Assembly (NCBI GenBank): GCA_040437565.1
Contig: JBDOQK010000037.1
Location: 186,001-250,000 of the forward strand
DNA from: Albugo candida
Lineage: Eukaryota
DNA: 64,000 nucleotides
Direction: 5' to 3'
The notes below the pieces were generated by a model. That model was not told where the DNA came from, searched no databases, and saw only the letters and a list, made by a program, of their open reading frames with translations. Both the position numbers and the translations under genes were made by a program. This document shows, one piece after another, positions 37,701 to 52,544 of this stretch; within the stretch, counting starts at the first letter, position 1, and each line of letters opens with the position of its first letter.

Positions 37701-40700
37701 TGGAGAAGCTTCAAACATCTATTGGACACTGAGGGATCCAGCGAACTTTCTCCGCACGGGTTGATTTGTCTGTTGCAATTCCTACGGACTCTTCGACAAG
37801 CGCTGCTGGAAACACAGCACTCCGACTTGACGGCTTTGAATGCAGCTGAAGAGAATTTCCATGAAAGCATGCTACCGCCAATCATCAAAATCCTGCGTAT
37901 CGATCGTATTCATTGGTTACTACATCACTCGGAATGCATTGGAGGCGGAATTGACGCAGTGAGAACGCTGATTCACGCCATTATCGAAGTTTTGGGTATN
38001 NNNNNNNNNNNNNNNNNNNNNNNNNNNNNNNNNNNNNNNNNNNNNNNNNNNNNNNNNNNNNNNNNNNNNNNNNNNNNNNNNNNNNNNNNNNNNNNNNNNT
38101 TATACCAGCTCTTTATTAGTTACCATCAAAGCTTCCAGGCAAACCGCAATCTCGTATTGCTTTCGATGAAAGATTTGAAGTGCCTGCACTACTCTCTTAT
38201 CGATTGGACTCTTATCATGACGAGGCAAGTACGTGTTAATCGACAAGAATCATCCGAAAGAACCGTTTTGTGGCACAGACTTTTGCGGTGTTGCATCGTG
38301 ATTAGCAATCTGCTGCAATCCTACTTTAAAAAACAAGAGAACGATCAACAAACATGCATTATGTACCGTGAATTCTGTCAGAAGAATATAGCCCTTGTGA
38401 AAAATGTTCTACGCGTGGATCCTTCTGACGCTATTGCTATACATGGAAAAATGTTCAAGTGGCTCGGTGCATTGATTGATCAATCGCGGAATGTCGTTAT
38501 ATTGCTAAAAGAGGCTTACGAATCTGGAATTATCGAATTGCTCTGCACGTTGCTTCCGCGTCTGAAAGAGCTACTTCAAAATGGAGCCAACATCAAGTAT
38601 GAGAACAACATACACTTCCTACTTCTTCTTCTCTCGGAATTCATTTGTCCAAACGGCCAGGATTGCCTTTCTTCATTACCAATTCCCGTCATGCATGCGT
38701 CAACAAGCACAGCCACCGATATGAGAAGGCTTTTAATTGCAACTTCAGGAAAGATTGTTGAAGAAGAAGCAGTAAACCCTCATGACTTTCAAGACGTCTG
38801 TGCTCGAATACGCTCCTGTGTTAGTCAAGCAATTGACGCAGGAGGATTGACAGTAATGACCAGCATGCTGAACAACACTTGGAAGAAACGCGATAGCAAA
38901 CCGAGGCGAAACTCTACACCCGAAAGTTGGCAGGGTTCAGATCCCGAAAGACAAGCCGAAAACGAAAATTCCGTTACATGCTGCATTCTCAAGATATTAC
39001 TATATGCAATGGACAGCTCAGACGGAAGGAATGCAGCCGTCCACTTACCCGAAAAGTCGCGTTTAGACACAGCACAAGATATTTGGAAATACAATGCATC
39101 GAATGTATCACTATTACTGCTTGAAGCGATCGAAAAGGATGCATTACGGCCAAGGGAACTACTTATGACAATTACGTTACTTTCTGTACTGATTCGAAAC
39201 AAACATATAAAAGGAATGGAAGCTTACACTTGTGTGGCTACGATGTATCGAGAATTGATCAGAGCGAGACAGAATACGCTTCTGAGCTATTTATGTGCGT
39301 TCTTTGTCTCGATCGATGAATACAGTCTTCGCGAAATGGAATCCATAGGAGATGTCAACGTTGACGATCACGAGCAACTTACTCAATTTCTTCATCGTGG
39401 CATGATCAACAAGCAGTGCATGAGTAGCATATTATATCTCATTTTTCAAAAAGCAGAGTGCTACCCAATTCAAGACGACCACGGCATGTTGGCGAGTTTT
39501 CGTATTCGGGCTCGGGGCTTCCTGGACGCAGGAATCATGATCCTGATGAGATGTGCCACAAAGATCATTCCTGACCATCAAAAATGGACTTTTGAGAGCG
39601 ATTGTGGAAAAAAAGCATTGAAAAGTATCGAACTGCAAAAACGCCATTCTTTTGTATCACAATTTATCACTAGAAAAGGAATTTGGAGAAGCTTCAAACA
39701 TCTATTGGACACTGAGGGATCCAGCGAACTTTCTCCGCACGGGTTGATTTGTCTGTTGCAATTCCTACGGACTCTTCGACAAGCGCTGCTGGAAACACAG
39801 CACTCCGACTTGACGGCTTTGAATGCAGCTGAAGAGAATTTCCATGAAAGCATGCTACCGCCAATCATCAAAATCCTGCGTATCGATCGTATTCATTGGT
39901 TACTACATCACTCGGAATGCATTGGAGGCGGAATTGACGCAGTGAGAACGCTGATTCACGCCATTATCGAAGTTTTGGGTATACCTTTCATGATTTCCAA
40001 CACAGCCGAGTCATCAAACAATCTTTCAACGAATTCAAGTGGTCATTTACCAACTTCAACAAGTATCATCCGCACACAAGAAGTCCTTCACGAATGTGAC
40101 GCTGTGGGTGCACTCGTAAAAGCGGTACAATTGTACGTATCAACTGCACATCCCAAAGAAGACACATTTGCTGCTCTCATAACACCCATGAGCTTCTTTT
40201 CCCGTTTAATCACAAGCTCTCATCACTTTGCAGCACAATTCACTGGATCAAATGGACTACTCCTGATGAAAAGTGTGTCATTTGGGTCGAACCGACGCAA
40301 GAAAACCTCCAGAGACTATGCTCCTCTCGAGACTTTCACATCTGCTTCTCCTCCAACAAACCTCATTGTCAGCGCTTTGTCGATTATCAATCATTTGGCG
40401 CGAACATCAGCCGAGTATTATCCTCATTTGATGGAATTCGGGGTCATCGAGAGCCTTCATCACTTATTGAAGCACTCCAGCGAAGCAATTATCCGCGCAA
40501 AAGCGCTCAACACAGTCGGGAATTTGTGTCGGCACTCCAACTTGTTTTATCCGATGCTGATCTCAACGCGCAGTCCAGCTCTCTCGAATAACGATGATCA
40601 TTCTCTTGCAGATTTTATGGTGCGGGCTCTGGATGATAATGACAAAAGTGTTCGTCGATTCGCGTGCTTTGCAATCGGAAATGCTTCCTTTCATGATGCA

Positions 40701-41108
40701 TCTCTCTATCAATATCTCCGCCTTGCTATCCCTGGACTCTTGACAAATGCCGATCAAGCAGACGCAAAGACCCGTTCGAATGCCGGTGGTGCGCTTGGCA
40801 ATTTAGTTCGAAATAGCGAGATTCTCTGCATGGAATTATGCAACGCCAAAATTCCTCAGCACTTGTGGAGAATGGCTCAGCAAGAAAAAGACACAAACAC
40901 GCGTCAAACGTTATTGTTTTCAGTCGGCAATTTCTGTGTCTTTCCAGTTTGTGTAAACAGTATCGTGGAGGCCCACCCAGATTTTGTCGAAGAGCTAATG
41001 GAGCTTCATGCAAGCTCTCAATTGCAAGATGATCGAACATCCCAAAGCAACATCAATCGGATTCTTGGCAAGTTGGAAGCTCTCTACCAGCAACAAGTAT
41101 CCGACTGA
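34761..41108 (+). CDS. STK36: Fused/STK36 (TIO) Ser/Thr kinase with C-terminal ARM/HEAT repeats
   Basis: [103 protein letters not shown]; 661 codons of the ORF come from the gap plus duplicate. Confidence 0.92.
36117..39982. repeat. Identical 1883-bp duplicate flanking an N gap (probable assembly overlap)
   Basis: 36117-37999 = 38100-39982. Confidence 0.92.
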
Positions 41109-41187
41109 TACAATAGCTGAGTCTATGATTATTCGAAGTACAGTGCGACGTGGCGTACATAGAGTTGGGTACAGTAATCATCGCTAG

Positions 41188-43368
<2,181 letters not shown>

Positions 43369-43419
43369 ATATAAAAAGCGCACTTTTGCAAGTACGGAGA
43401 TAATTTAATTTATGTTCGT

Positions 43420-44519
43420 ATGGAGCTCATCGAAATGGACCTCTCGCGTCTACGAATCAAAGAGCTTAATGTCATTTGTAAGCGCTACGGTACATGCTAA
43501 CTGATACTTAGGATCCATTCGAACAGTATCAACCAATTTCACGTGGACAGGCGTGCGAATTGGCGGAAAGAAAGCGGAGATAATCAATCGAATTCAGTCC
43601 CATCCTCACTATCGCGCGCAGAAATCCAATTCATCGTGTGAATCCACCAAAGAAATGAAGTCTCCTTTCCTCTCAAAACGGGCGCCAAATGGAGTGAGTG
43701 TTCTCTATAATCAATTTTTGACCAAAGGCTCATTTTCTCTGAAGCATTTGGACGCGACGCGATGCGTAAAGAAAGCGCATAGAAACCAACAACTTGAGGC
43801 TGCTATTGACGCGTTATTTGATCAATTTCGAGGTAATAGCTTTTCTAATTCACTGTGTATCGATCTGACGACGTGGTTTAGACCCGGAAGAAGAGGATGT
43901 GATCTCTGAAGAAGGCATTCTCGCGTTATGTGAAGCTCTGCGAGTGGACCCACAAGATCCTGTTATACTAGTATTGAGCTACTTTATGAAGGCGGCAAAC
44001 ATGTGTCTTTACACTCGACAAGAGTTCCACACTGGCTTGAGGGCGCTGCAGTGTCACACACTAGAGACGCTGCAGCAACAAATTCCTCATTTGCGAGAGA
44101 AATTGAAGGATGGAAAAGAATTTCCGCTCATTTATTCGGTACGAAGCATACGAACACCCTCTTGCAGGTTGCTGATAAGGCTGTAGTATTCATTCGTGTA
44201 TGCCAAAGATGAAACACAGAAATGTTTGGCGAAAGAGTTGGCAGTTGAACTCTGGAAGATTTTATTGCCTGGTCACTTTGGCTTCACGCAATTTTGGATC
44301 GCTTTCGTGCAAACAAACTTGAAAAATTCGATCTCCAAGGATTTGTGGATGCAAGTCTTAGAATTTGGATCTCATATTCGGCCAGATATGAGCAATTATG
44401 ACGAAAACGAAGCTTGGCCAGTGCTTCTAGATGAATTTGTTTGCCACATGAAAGCATTGATTCGAGAAAAAGGCTTGAGTAGAGTCATTGAGGAAGAACA
44501 AGAAAAGAGTCAGCTGTGA
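43420..44519 (+). CDS. DCN1: DCN1-like protein (cullin-binding PONY domain) with N-terminal SAP domain, multi-exon
   Basis: EEGILALCEALRVDPQD, QKCLAKELAVELWKILL, ISKDLW, NYDENEAWPVLLDEFV; N-terminal LSRLRIKELNVICKRYGVRIGGKKAEIINRI. Confidence 0.88.
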
Positions 44520-44675
44520 GAAGTCATCATTTCTTGATGGGTTTGTCCAATAGTTTAGAATCGCAAATTCCTACTAGTATTTATTCCAAGAAAATGATCA
44601 AACTTCAAGTTGATTACTTTACTTTACGCTATGCGTCGGCTTCTACCCCGTGCATCGCTGCGCAATTCAGAGAAA

Positions 44676-45670
44676 TCACAAAATTGCAATTTCCGATTGT
44701 GTGAAAAGTCTACATTGTGCCCCCGGATGCTTTAACTCGTTCCGCCTGTAATAAGACAAGTAGATCAATGAGCTCGAAAGGAAACAATTGGCTTGGAGCT
44801 TACATCTAGGTACACTGTCCCATAAGGAAGAAATTCCGCACTGTGCGTTAGTGCAATGGCTTGGTATTCTTTTGCTTGGCGGATAATGTCTTGCACCTCA
44901 TCATCTGTGATGTCACGCACGTACTTGGCAGGATTGCCGACCCAAAGTTGTCCGGAAGGAATACGGGCCCCAGGTGGAATAACACTTCCTGCCCCAATAA
45001 TTGTGTTGGATTCAATGAGGGCCCCGTCCAGGATGATGGATCCCATTCCAATCAAGGAGGTGTTTTCAATGGTGCAAGAGTATAAGACACATCCATGACC
45101 TGCAATTTTGATGGGTTGTGAAGAAAATTGGAGGCTTTATGGCATTGCACGCATGACGTACCAATTGTCACATTGTTTCCGATGGATGTCCCAGCTGGTA
45201 CGCCGGGACTATTTTCTTTTGAAGTGTGAATTACTGTACGATCCTGGACATTGGTACGGTTGCCAATAGTGACAGCATTAAGATCCCCTGCAATATACTA
45301 TTGAGGATTCTGTACGATGAAGATATACACACAGGTTCGTATACCTCGTATAACTACATTGTACCAGACTGAAGCATCATTACAGATTTCAACGTCACCG
45401 ATAACGGTAGCGTTTGGGGCGACCCATACATCGTGTGCGATGGCGGGTTGTTTGTCGTATAAATTGATAATTTGTCGATGACGAGAGACTGCGCAGTAAA
45501 AATGCAAATCAGATCGATTGTGCAAAAAATGCAAGTATCAGTGTGGTGTAGACTTATTTACACTGCTCTTTATACGAATTGTTTCCCAGCACTTTCAGAC
45601 CCACTCGATCTAATGCTTGTCCTGTTTCTCGGAAAGCTCGTCCAACTTTGAATGAGATACCTCGAAGCAT
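44676..45670 (-). CDS. Gamma carbonic anhydrase-like mitochondrial complex I subunit, multi-exon
   Basis: GRAFRETGQALDRVG, SRHRQIINL, VAPNATVIGDV, hexapeptide repeats, LWVGNPAKYVR; 3' end approximate. Confidence 0.88.
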
Positions 45671-45835
45671 CTCAAATACCACAAAGTCGAATCACGAATT
45701 GGCACGGTCAGAAACATTTCGGCTCGGTTCACGAAAAAGGCTGTAACCGTCCTTAGAAGCGGCGCGAAAGGCTTCGCATCTGAATTTTTTAATACCACAC
45801 ATAGTAAACTACCCTAGAATCGTTTCCTCTATTTC

Positions 45836-46498
45836 CTACAGAATAATGCAAGCAGACTCGCGACTTACTTCCAATAGACCTGAATCTCGTTCGATCTCTT
45901 TGATCAGATATGTAAAGACTTCGGCTGCAATACAATGAGTTAGAATTTTGCTATATAAGCACAGAGATCGATCATACTGATATTATCGTTGTCTTTCGCG
46001 GACGATTCCACAAACGGACATTCCCATTGTCGTGCAAGTAGTTGTCCTTCTTCCTTACCGACTTGACGCAGATTCTCCAAGTCACACATGCTCCCAACTA
46101 ACACACGAGGCGGATCACATCCAAGCATTGCGACTAGCTTCATATTAATTCGTTTGATTGTGTCGAAGGAAATCCTCGAGCCGATTGAATAAACTAAAAT
46201 GTATCCATGAACGCCGACGGAAGCGGCTTGTGAAAAGTTGGAGTATTCGTCCTATAAGTAGTGAGTATGTAGACATATGAGTGGAGTAGAGAGCACTTGA
46301 TTGTACCATTCCAGCTGTATCGACAATATCCGTAACAAAATGAGCGTTTTGGAAGTGTATGGTTGTGTGAAACATATTCTCAATCGTGGGATGGTACGCA
46401 TCCAGAGAGCGGTTTTCGACGAAACAAGTCGTTAGTGAGGTTTTGCCGACTCCGGGATATCCAAGTACTGTCAGCTTGCGTTGAACTTCAACCGACAT
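45836..46498 (-). CDS. RHEB: Rheb-like small GTPase with CAAX box, 3 exons
   Basis: GYPGVGKT, YHPTIEN, DTAGM/DEYS, GVHGYILVYSI, ESSAK, C-terminal CIIL*. Confidence 0.85.
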
Positions 46499-46644
46499 TT
46501 TTTGACCCCCTAACTCGCGGTATGATAAAGAGTTCAGTATACATAATCTTGTGGGCGTATAGCTATACTTTCGAATGGTACAAAACATCTTATAACAGTA
46601 CACAATTATGTCACCTGGTTCACGTATACTACGCAGGACACAAT

Positions 46645-48071
46645 TCATATAAATTCGCATGTCACATCGGTACCCTTATCCAGTTTCGTGACAGCGTCTC
46701 TCGATATCATTTCATCCAATAAGTTTGTGAAAGAACCACCGACCGCGTGATCCAATGGTTCCAACGCACAAGCGCTCTGACAGCTTTGGTACTCATTCTG
46801 ACATTTTGTACCATAAAATGGGACATTGGCCGGACCCTCCACTAACGATTCACATAATTGTAAGAATTGCAGCTGCTCGTTGTTCCAACTTTTACGCGCA
46901 CTGTCTTGCATCGAATGAGGAACCAACGTGGCTCGCTCTGGCGTGTCCCATACACTCTCCATCGGATGACGTGAGAGTGATGCATCCACTTCCACTAGCA
47001 TATTTGAATCGACTTTATAACCATCAATCGAGCTATTCTTGATCGCCATCAAGTCTTCTAATGTGTCACATATATCGTCAAAAAACGTCGGTGGATAATC
47101 TGACGGCGCTAATTCAGGAACGTCTTTCCCAAAATCGGTGAGATCTTTCGGAACGCCCATCGCATTGGGCTCCAATAGCGCCCCAAAATTTGTATCTTCC
47201 AAAATTGACCGCTGTGACAATGTGATCAAGTCGGCAAGTGGATCTTCTAGTTCGTTTTTGTCAACCCCCAATGCATCCACAGTGTCGGGGGATACCGCTC
47301 GACCGAACTTTGTGGCACTGAGCGAATTATTCGATTTTTTGGTTCGTTTGTAGCATCCTTTCTCTACCATCGATTCCGAACGCTTCCGACCTCCGTCACA
47401 TTTAAGTGAATCATCCGAACCAGTTTTTTTCAGCTTCGATTTCATCGATGAGTGCCAGTGATTTTTTACCGCGTTGTCAGTGCGTCCAGGCAATCGCTCT
47501 GTAATTTTTGCCCAACGATTTCCATATTTAGACTGCATTTCCATGATAATCTGATCTTCCTCCACGGTCCACGGACCCTTCTTAATTGCTGGATTCAACT
47601 GATTGTGCCATCTAATTTGCATTTAGTTAATACACACTATTGTACCTGACTCTTTGTATCACCAACCTTTCCCGACATTGCTTCCCGTTACGACCGGGAA
47701 GATATGAGGCAATCACCGCCCATTTCCCGGCACCGTGTGTCATGACTAGCTCCAGCATTCGCATATCCTCGCTTGGACACCATGGCTTCTTGACCGCAGA
47801 TCCATGATTCTGGAGCTGATTCCAGCGTACATTACATTCCGTAGGACCACGTCCATCAAAAAACGTTGCTATGGTCTTCCACTTCTTTCCTCCGTGCTTG
47901 TACACAGCGCCACGAAGAATTTCATCCTCTTCGGGAGTCCATGAGGTGGAAGTAGTTCCATTAAGTGCGTTCTTGCTTCTAAGACATAAGAGTTAGTAGC
48001 TGGAGTCGTCTGGATAAACTCACTTACTTTTTCACACACTTTTTCGTTACAGTAGTCAGTTGGCAATCCAT
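46645..48071 (-). CDS. R1R2R3 Myb transcription factor, 3 exons
   Basis: WTPEEDEIL..., KKPWCPSED...LPGRNGKQCRER/WHNQLNP, KKGPWTVEED...LPGRTDNAVKNHW. Confidence 0.9.
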
Positions 48072-49340
48072 CGCGCGACCAGCAGGCAAAGACAGTTATG
48101 AAGATTACTCGGGACTCTATCCTGAGCTCGATATGACTCAATAAAAGTTGGAAGCGAATCTGCGACGTGGTAGATTTGATAGACGCGGAATTTGCGCGAA
48201 AGATGCGGATATCACCCTCATAAACCCGTTCTCATATTCTCGGCTGTAAGCTCTCAAAGCATCGATTTTTCTAATAGAAAAAATATGTGTGAACGTTTAA
48301 TCATACACATACTTTGAGCAGGCAGTTAAGAGTAGATAGTTTGCATAAATCCCGTCAATCGAGCCGTCATGTAGAAATAAGCAATCGATCGTAGCATGGA
48401 ACAAGTCTTCGGGTCCCTGTGTTGCGTATCTTTAATATAAATGCCTATTATACTACTTAGTTCGAGCAAAATACTAGTATCACTTCAAATTAGCGGACGT
48501 CCGCCGGAGGTAGATTTCACTGTGATGTCGATGTGCGTTTAAGAATTGAATGATACGTCGGATGATGTAATTTTATTGCCATGCGTGATTCAGGTCGGTC
48601 GAGCGATTCAATGAATCGTTACACAGCCCCGTCCCATTTTGTACTTGTCTGGGTTTTGTCACATACTCATCAACATGAGTGATTAAGCACGTAGGTCGAT
48701 AACTTGAGTCATACCGCTATCAATGTTTAAAGACTTGCACATAATGGCCTTTGACTCTAATCCAATGTATATTCACATATGAAAATGTCCTCGGTATTTA
48801 ATTAATTTATGGAATGTTCGTAAAATCGAGAAAACTCGTCGAGGTAAAAAATCGATAAATTATACTACTGAGCGGTGTCTACCTTATACAGAATAGGAAG
48901 TTGTGGTTAATGCTCCCTTACTCGTAGTGATATTTTCAGCGTGCCAGCATTACAAGCATGTACCTCGTCCATGCCGGGAAGATGCTGCTGACTTCTCTCA
49001 GTTTATTGTGAAAATAAAAAGCATCCTTCGCAGCTGCTCACGACATTACCAAGTAATCATCTTACACGGATAAAAAAACAGGACGCTGCTTTTCGAATCG
49101 CCTGATCGCTATAGACCCTACCCTCTGACCCTCTCGGTCTCTTTTACAAAGTATGGGACTACTCAACATACCCACTGAATGAATCCCCAGCAGGAAATCG
49201 CTTACTGTGTTATGTTCTATGAGGCAATCCAACGATAAATGTGCACCTTGTGTTGTCAGGTCGCGCTGAGGTGCCATTTTCCTGGTTGTGGATAAGAAAC
49301 TGATCGGAATCACAATCCAACTTTCTAGCCTCACCTAAAG

Positions 49341-49640
49341 ATGCTTACTCCTAGCTACCAACTTATTCTACTCGTAGCCTTTGCTTTATGGACAGCGACA
49401 AGCTTTGGTCAGATTGAGAAGCCATTACAAGTCTTTAATGGTTCAGCGGATGGAGCGAGCACAACAACTTTTCTCCATAAAGGTCGGAAGCGCTTAGGGA
49501 AAAGTCCTCTCATGATTCGTCATTCAAAACTAAAATATGAAAGCTTGCGAAGTGGGCTACATCTTACTTTTAGCTCTACTTTAGCCGACTCGATTGATCG
49601 ATTTGCTGGACCTCGTCCAACCACATGGTACATGATATAA
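49341..49640 (+). CDS. Small putative secreted protein
   Basis: Signal-peptide-like MLTPSYQLILLVAFALWTATSFG; possible intron; no recognised domain. Confidence 0.4.
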   Translation: MLTPSYQLILLVAFALWTATSFGQIEKPLQVFNGSADGASTTTFLHKGRKRLGKSPLMIRHSKLKYESLRSGLHLTFSSTLADSIDRFAGPRPTTWYMI

Positions 49641-49946
49641 GCATGTAGTGGACCTATATATCTGCCTTCAACTCGAACAGATATATTAGATTAGGGCTGC
49701 TTGTTTTTTTACAAATACACAGTGCAAGCGCTAATTGATTCATTAAGAATATATATTCTGTGCACTCAAACCAATATCTTTGAAGGAAGTACTTAGTGGC
49801 GTGTCCGCAAACTATAAACGTGAACTATGGTAAGCATAAACAGTATACTCGTCACCAATGTATAAAGTACCGCGTCCTTATGTGCTAAGTGATTACCTCT
49901 ATATCCTTTGCTTCTCTAACATACAATTTTTTATTTCTGCAAGCTA

Positions 49947-51110
49947 TCATTGCACGCGAGGTTTTCTTCGCTGCAAAATTGTATAGCACACACTACAGAC
50001 GCGTTGCTTGCGTTTGGCCGTCGGTAAGGGGGGCACTTTCTCAGAAATCATCAATCCACGTGGCTTGTTGTGCTGAAAAAGAAATAACTTCGTGGAAATT
50101 TGGTGGTTGGAACATGACGAACATACCAAACGACCACAAAAACGGCAGTGATGGCGATGTGATCCAATAATTCCAAAGTTTTTACTGCAATGCATACAAC
50201 TTTTCCGAGCTTTGCTGGGAATCCAAACGGGCGGATACTTGATATTCTCGAGAATGACTTTTAAGGAAGCTTCATCAAGTTTGTCAAATGCACGTCGTTT
50301 GGTTTCATCTTTCAAATCCATTCGAGCCCCATGATGCACTAATCTAGAAGCAATTTGAATCATCCCACGATTGATCGCAACATGAAGTACTCTAGATTTA
50401 GCAAAAAACGCATTTGGATCAGCACCATAAAGAAGTAGTTGCTCCGTTAGTGACGAGTCATCATGCGGTATGGCCGAGATATGAACACCGAGTGGAGTTT
50501 GATTTGAAGCGTTCACGACATTGACCATTGCCCCTGCTTCAACCAGCATCTGAGTCAGCACATGTGATTGGGCCGCTGCATAATGAAGTGCTGTATTGCG
50601 TTGCTTATCAGCGATATCAAGAATGGAACACACGATATCAGGTCTGATAAGTGCCCGAACGATTTCAATATGGCCGTTTAATATACCGAAATGAAGTGCG
50701 GTTTGCCCATATAGCGGATCTCGTCGTAGTATATCGGTTCCAGGTGTTCGTAATAATGTATCGAGCATCATCAAATCCCCATTTCGAGCGGCCACAAGCA
50801 ACGGGGAAAGACCACCATTGACACTTGGTCCTAAACAACTACTTCTGAAGCTTTGAGAATGATCAGGAAGGTTTGCATTTCCGGGTGCAATTCCTACTGA
50901 TGAATTCGACATAGAATTAAATGTTTGTGAGCGTGTAGCATGGTAATATGGACGTCGTGTTGGGGAGTTGCAAAGAGGTGACGTAAGCGTATCGGGCCAT
51001 TGTCCGTCGATTGAAGCGGATGATTTGCTCGGTTCTTGTAATCGTACCTGTTCGAGACTTTCCGGTGCGTCGATATCAATTTCCGCTTGCATTGGGGTGA
51101 AAAATAACAA
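49947..51110 (-). CDS. Ankyrin-repeat plus FYVE zinc-finger protein
   Basis: SPLLVAA, GQTALHFG, NTALHYAA; CMHC...HRHHCRFCGRLVCSSCS...RVCSVC; the true start may be in an upstream exon. Confidence 0.88.
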   Translation of the reverse strand: MLFFTPMQAEIDIDAPESLEQVRLQEPSKSSASIDGQWPDTLTSPLCNSPTRRPYYHATRSQTFNSMSNSSVGIAPGNANLPDHSQSFRSSCLGPSVNGGLSPLLVAARNGDLMMLDTLLRTPGTDILRRDPLYGQTALHFGILNGHIEIVRALIRPDIVCSILDIADKQRNTALHYAAAQSHVLTQMLVEAGAMVNVVNASNQTPLGVHISAIPHDDSSLTEQLLLYGADPNAFFAKSRVLHVAINRGMIQIASRLVHHGARMDLKDETKRRAFDKLDEASLKVILENIKYPPVWIPSKARKSCMHCSKNFGIIGSHRHHCRFCGRLVCSSCSNHQISTKLFLFQHNKPRGLMISEKVPPLPTAKRKQRVCSVCYTILQRRKPRVQ

Positions 51111-51444
51111 ACTGTGCGCTCAAGTGGGAGGGAGTGAGTGGGGTTTCTACCCAATGGAAGAATGCGTAGAGTATCTCGGTAGGGTTCGTCTTCCAATATC
51201 TTTACTTTGATTGGATAAACGGAAATGTCCCACTGAAAAGGCTAGCATCAGTCGTATTTACAGATTGTTTGAGAAATTATGCTACTAGGTTGTAATAAAT
51301 AATCGCTAGTGTGTAAGTGATCATCAACTTTATTTATGTGAGCTCAATAAAATGTCGGACAGTCATTGTCTGAATAAAAGATAGTAGTCAGATAATAATC
51401 CTAAATTCGGCACGCCCTATCCTAAGTACGGATACTGAGTACGC

Positions 51445-52544
51445 ATGCAGCTTCGATGGAAATGCTCGCGATATTACTTACAATTACAAAGTTTCCATCG
51501 GATGTCTACCTGCAGTCGCAAAACTGACAGCGCTCCTAAAGCAGCTGTATGTGTAATCGGAAATGAAGTGCTTTCAGGAAAGGTACACATCTCTACAAAT
51601 CGTGCAAACATTTGCGTTTGTAACATTCGCTTGTGGTAGACGCAAGACACCAATTCCCATTTTCTATCAAAATTTCTATTCCAACGTGGCATCGAACTCA
51701 TCCGTATCGTTGTGATACCCGATATTATTCATGTAATATCTGTGGAAAGCCACGCTTCTCCAACGTTGACCCTTTTGACCGTAGACTATCGCCGACACCG
51801 TGCAAGAGTTATCAAATCTGGTGGGAGAAGATGGGTTCGTCGTGACCACAGGTACCTTACGTTCTTATACATGTATGAATGCTTGTCAAACGCGGTTGCA
51901 GGTGGCATTGGACCGACACATGACGATATCACATACGAAGGAGTGGTTAGTTTTCTTCAACAGAAACACTTGTAGCTGATTGGTGTTTCGTGACAGGCCA
52001 AAGCCTTTGGAACTAGTTTGGAGCTCCACGAGCCAACCTATCAAGCGTTGAAAGATCACATGCGTAATCGGCAGCAAGATCTCAATGAGGATAGAATGAG
52101 AATGGCTATGCTGCCAAAAGAATGTCAAGTACTACCAACTGCATCATGGGTTCCACTAGTCAAGATGAAGAATGTTTATGTGCTTCCAGGGATTCCAAGT
52201 TTGGTGGAAAAAATGCTCACTTTCGCACAAATCCATTTTGTTGGGGCTCCTTTTCATCGTGCCATGGTATGGTATGCTTATATAATGTTCCCGATCTATT
52301 CTGATATAAATTATTGTAGATTCACACTCTTCAAATGGAGGGCGATCTTGCTCGAGAAGTAAAAGCTATTCAGAATCGCTATCCGAATGTCGCGATTGGC
52401 AGTTATGTGAATTTATCTCGAGATAAATGTGGAGAGCATGATACTTCATATAACACACGTCTTACTGTCGATGGTCGCGACTTTGATACAGTAGAGGTGA
52501 TAGCACAAGAACTCGTTAGGGTCACAAATGGACGTCGGATATAA
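51445..52544 (+). CDS. MoCF_biosynth/CinA-type domain protein (FAD diphosphatase / FAD synthase MPTb-like), multi-exon
   Basis: AAVCVIGNEVLSGK/TQDTNSHFL, GGIGPTHDDITYE, NVYVLPGIP, IGSY; Arg/Ser-rich N-terminus. Confidence 0.85.

Noticed and set aside
35007..41108. Giant 2033-aa kinase with an internally duplicated domain
   Set aside because: The duplicate appears identical and flanks a 100-N gap; assembly overlap
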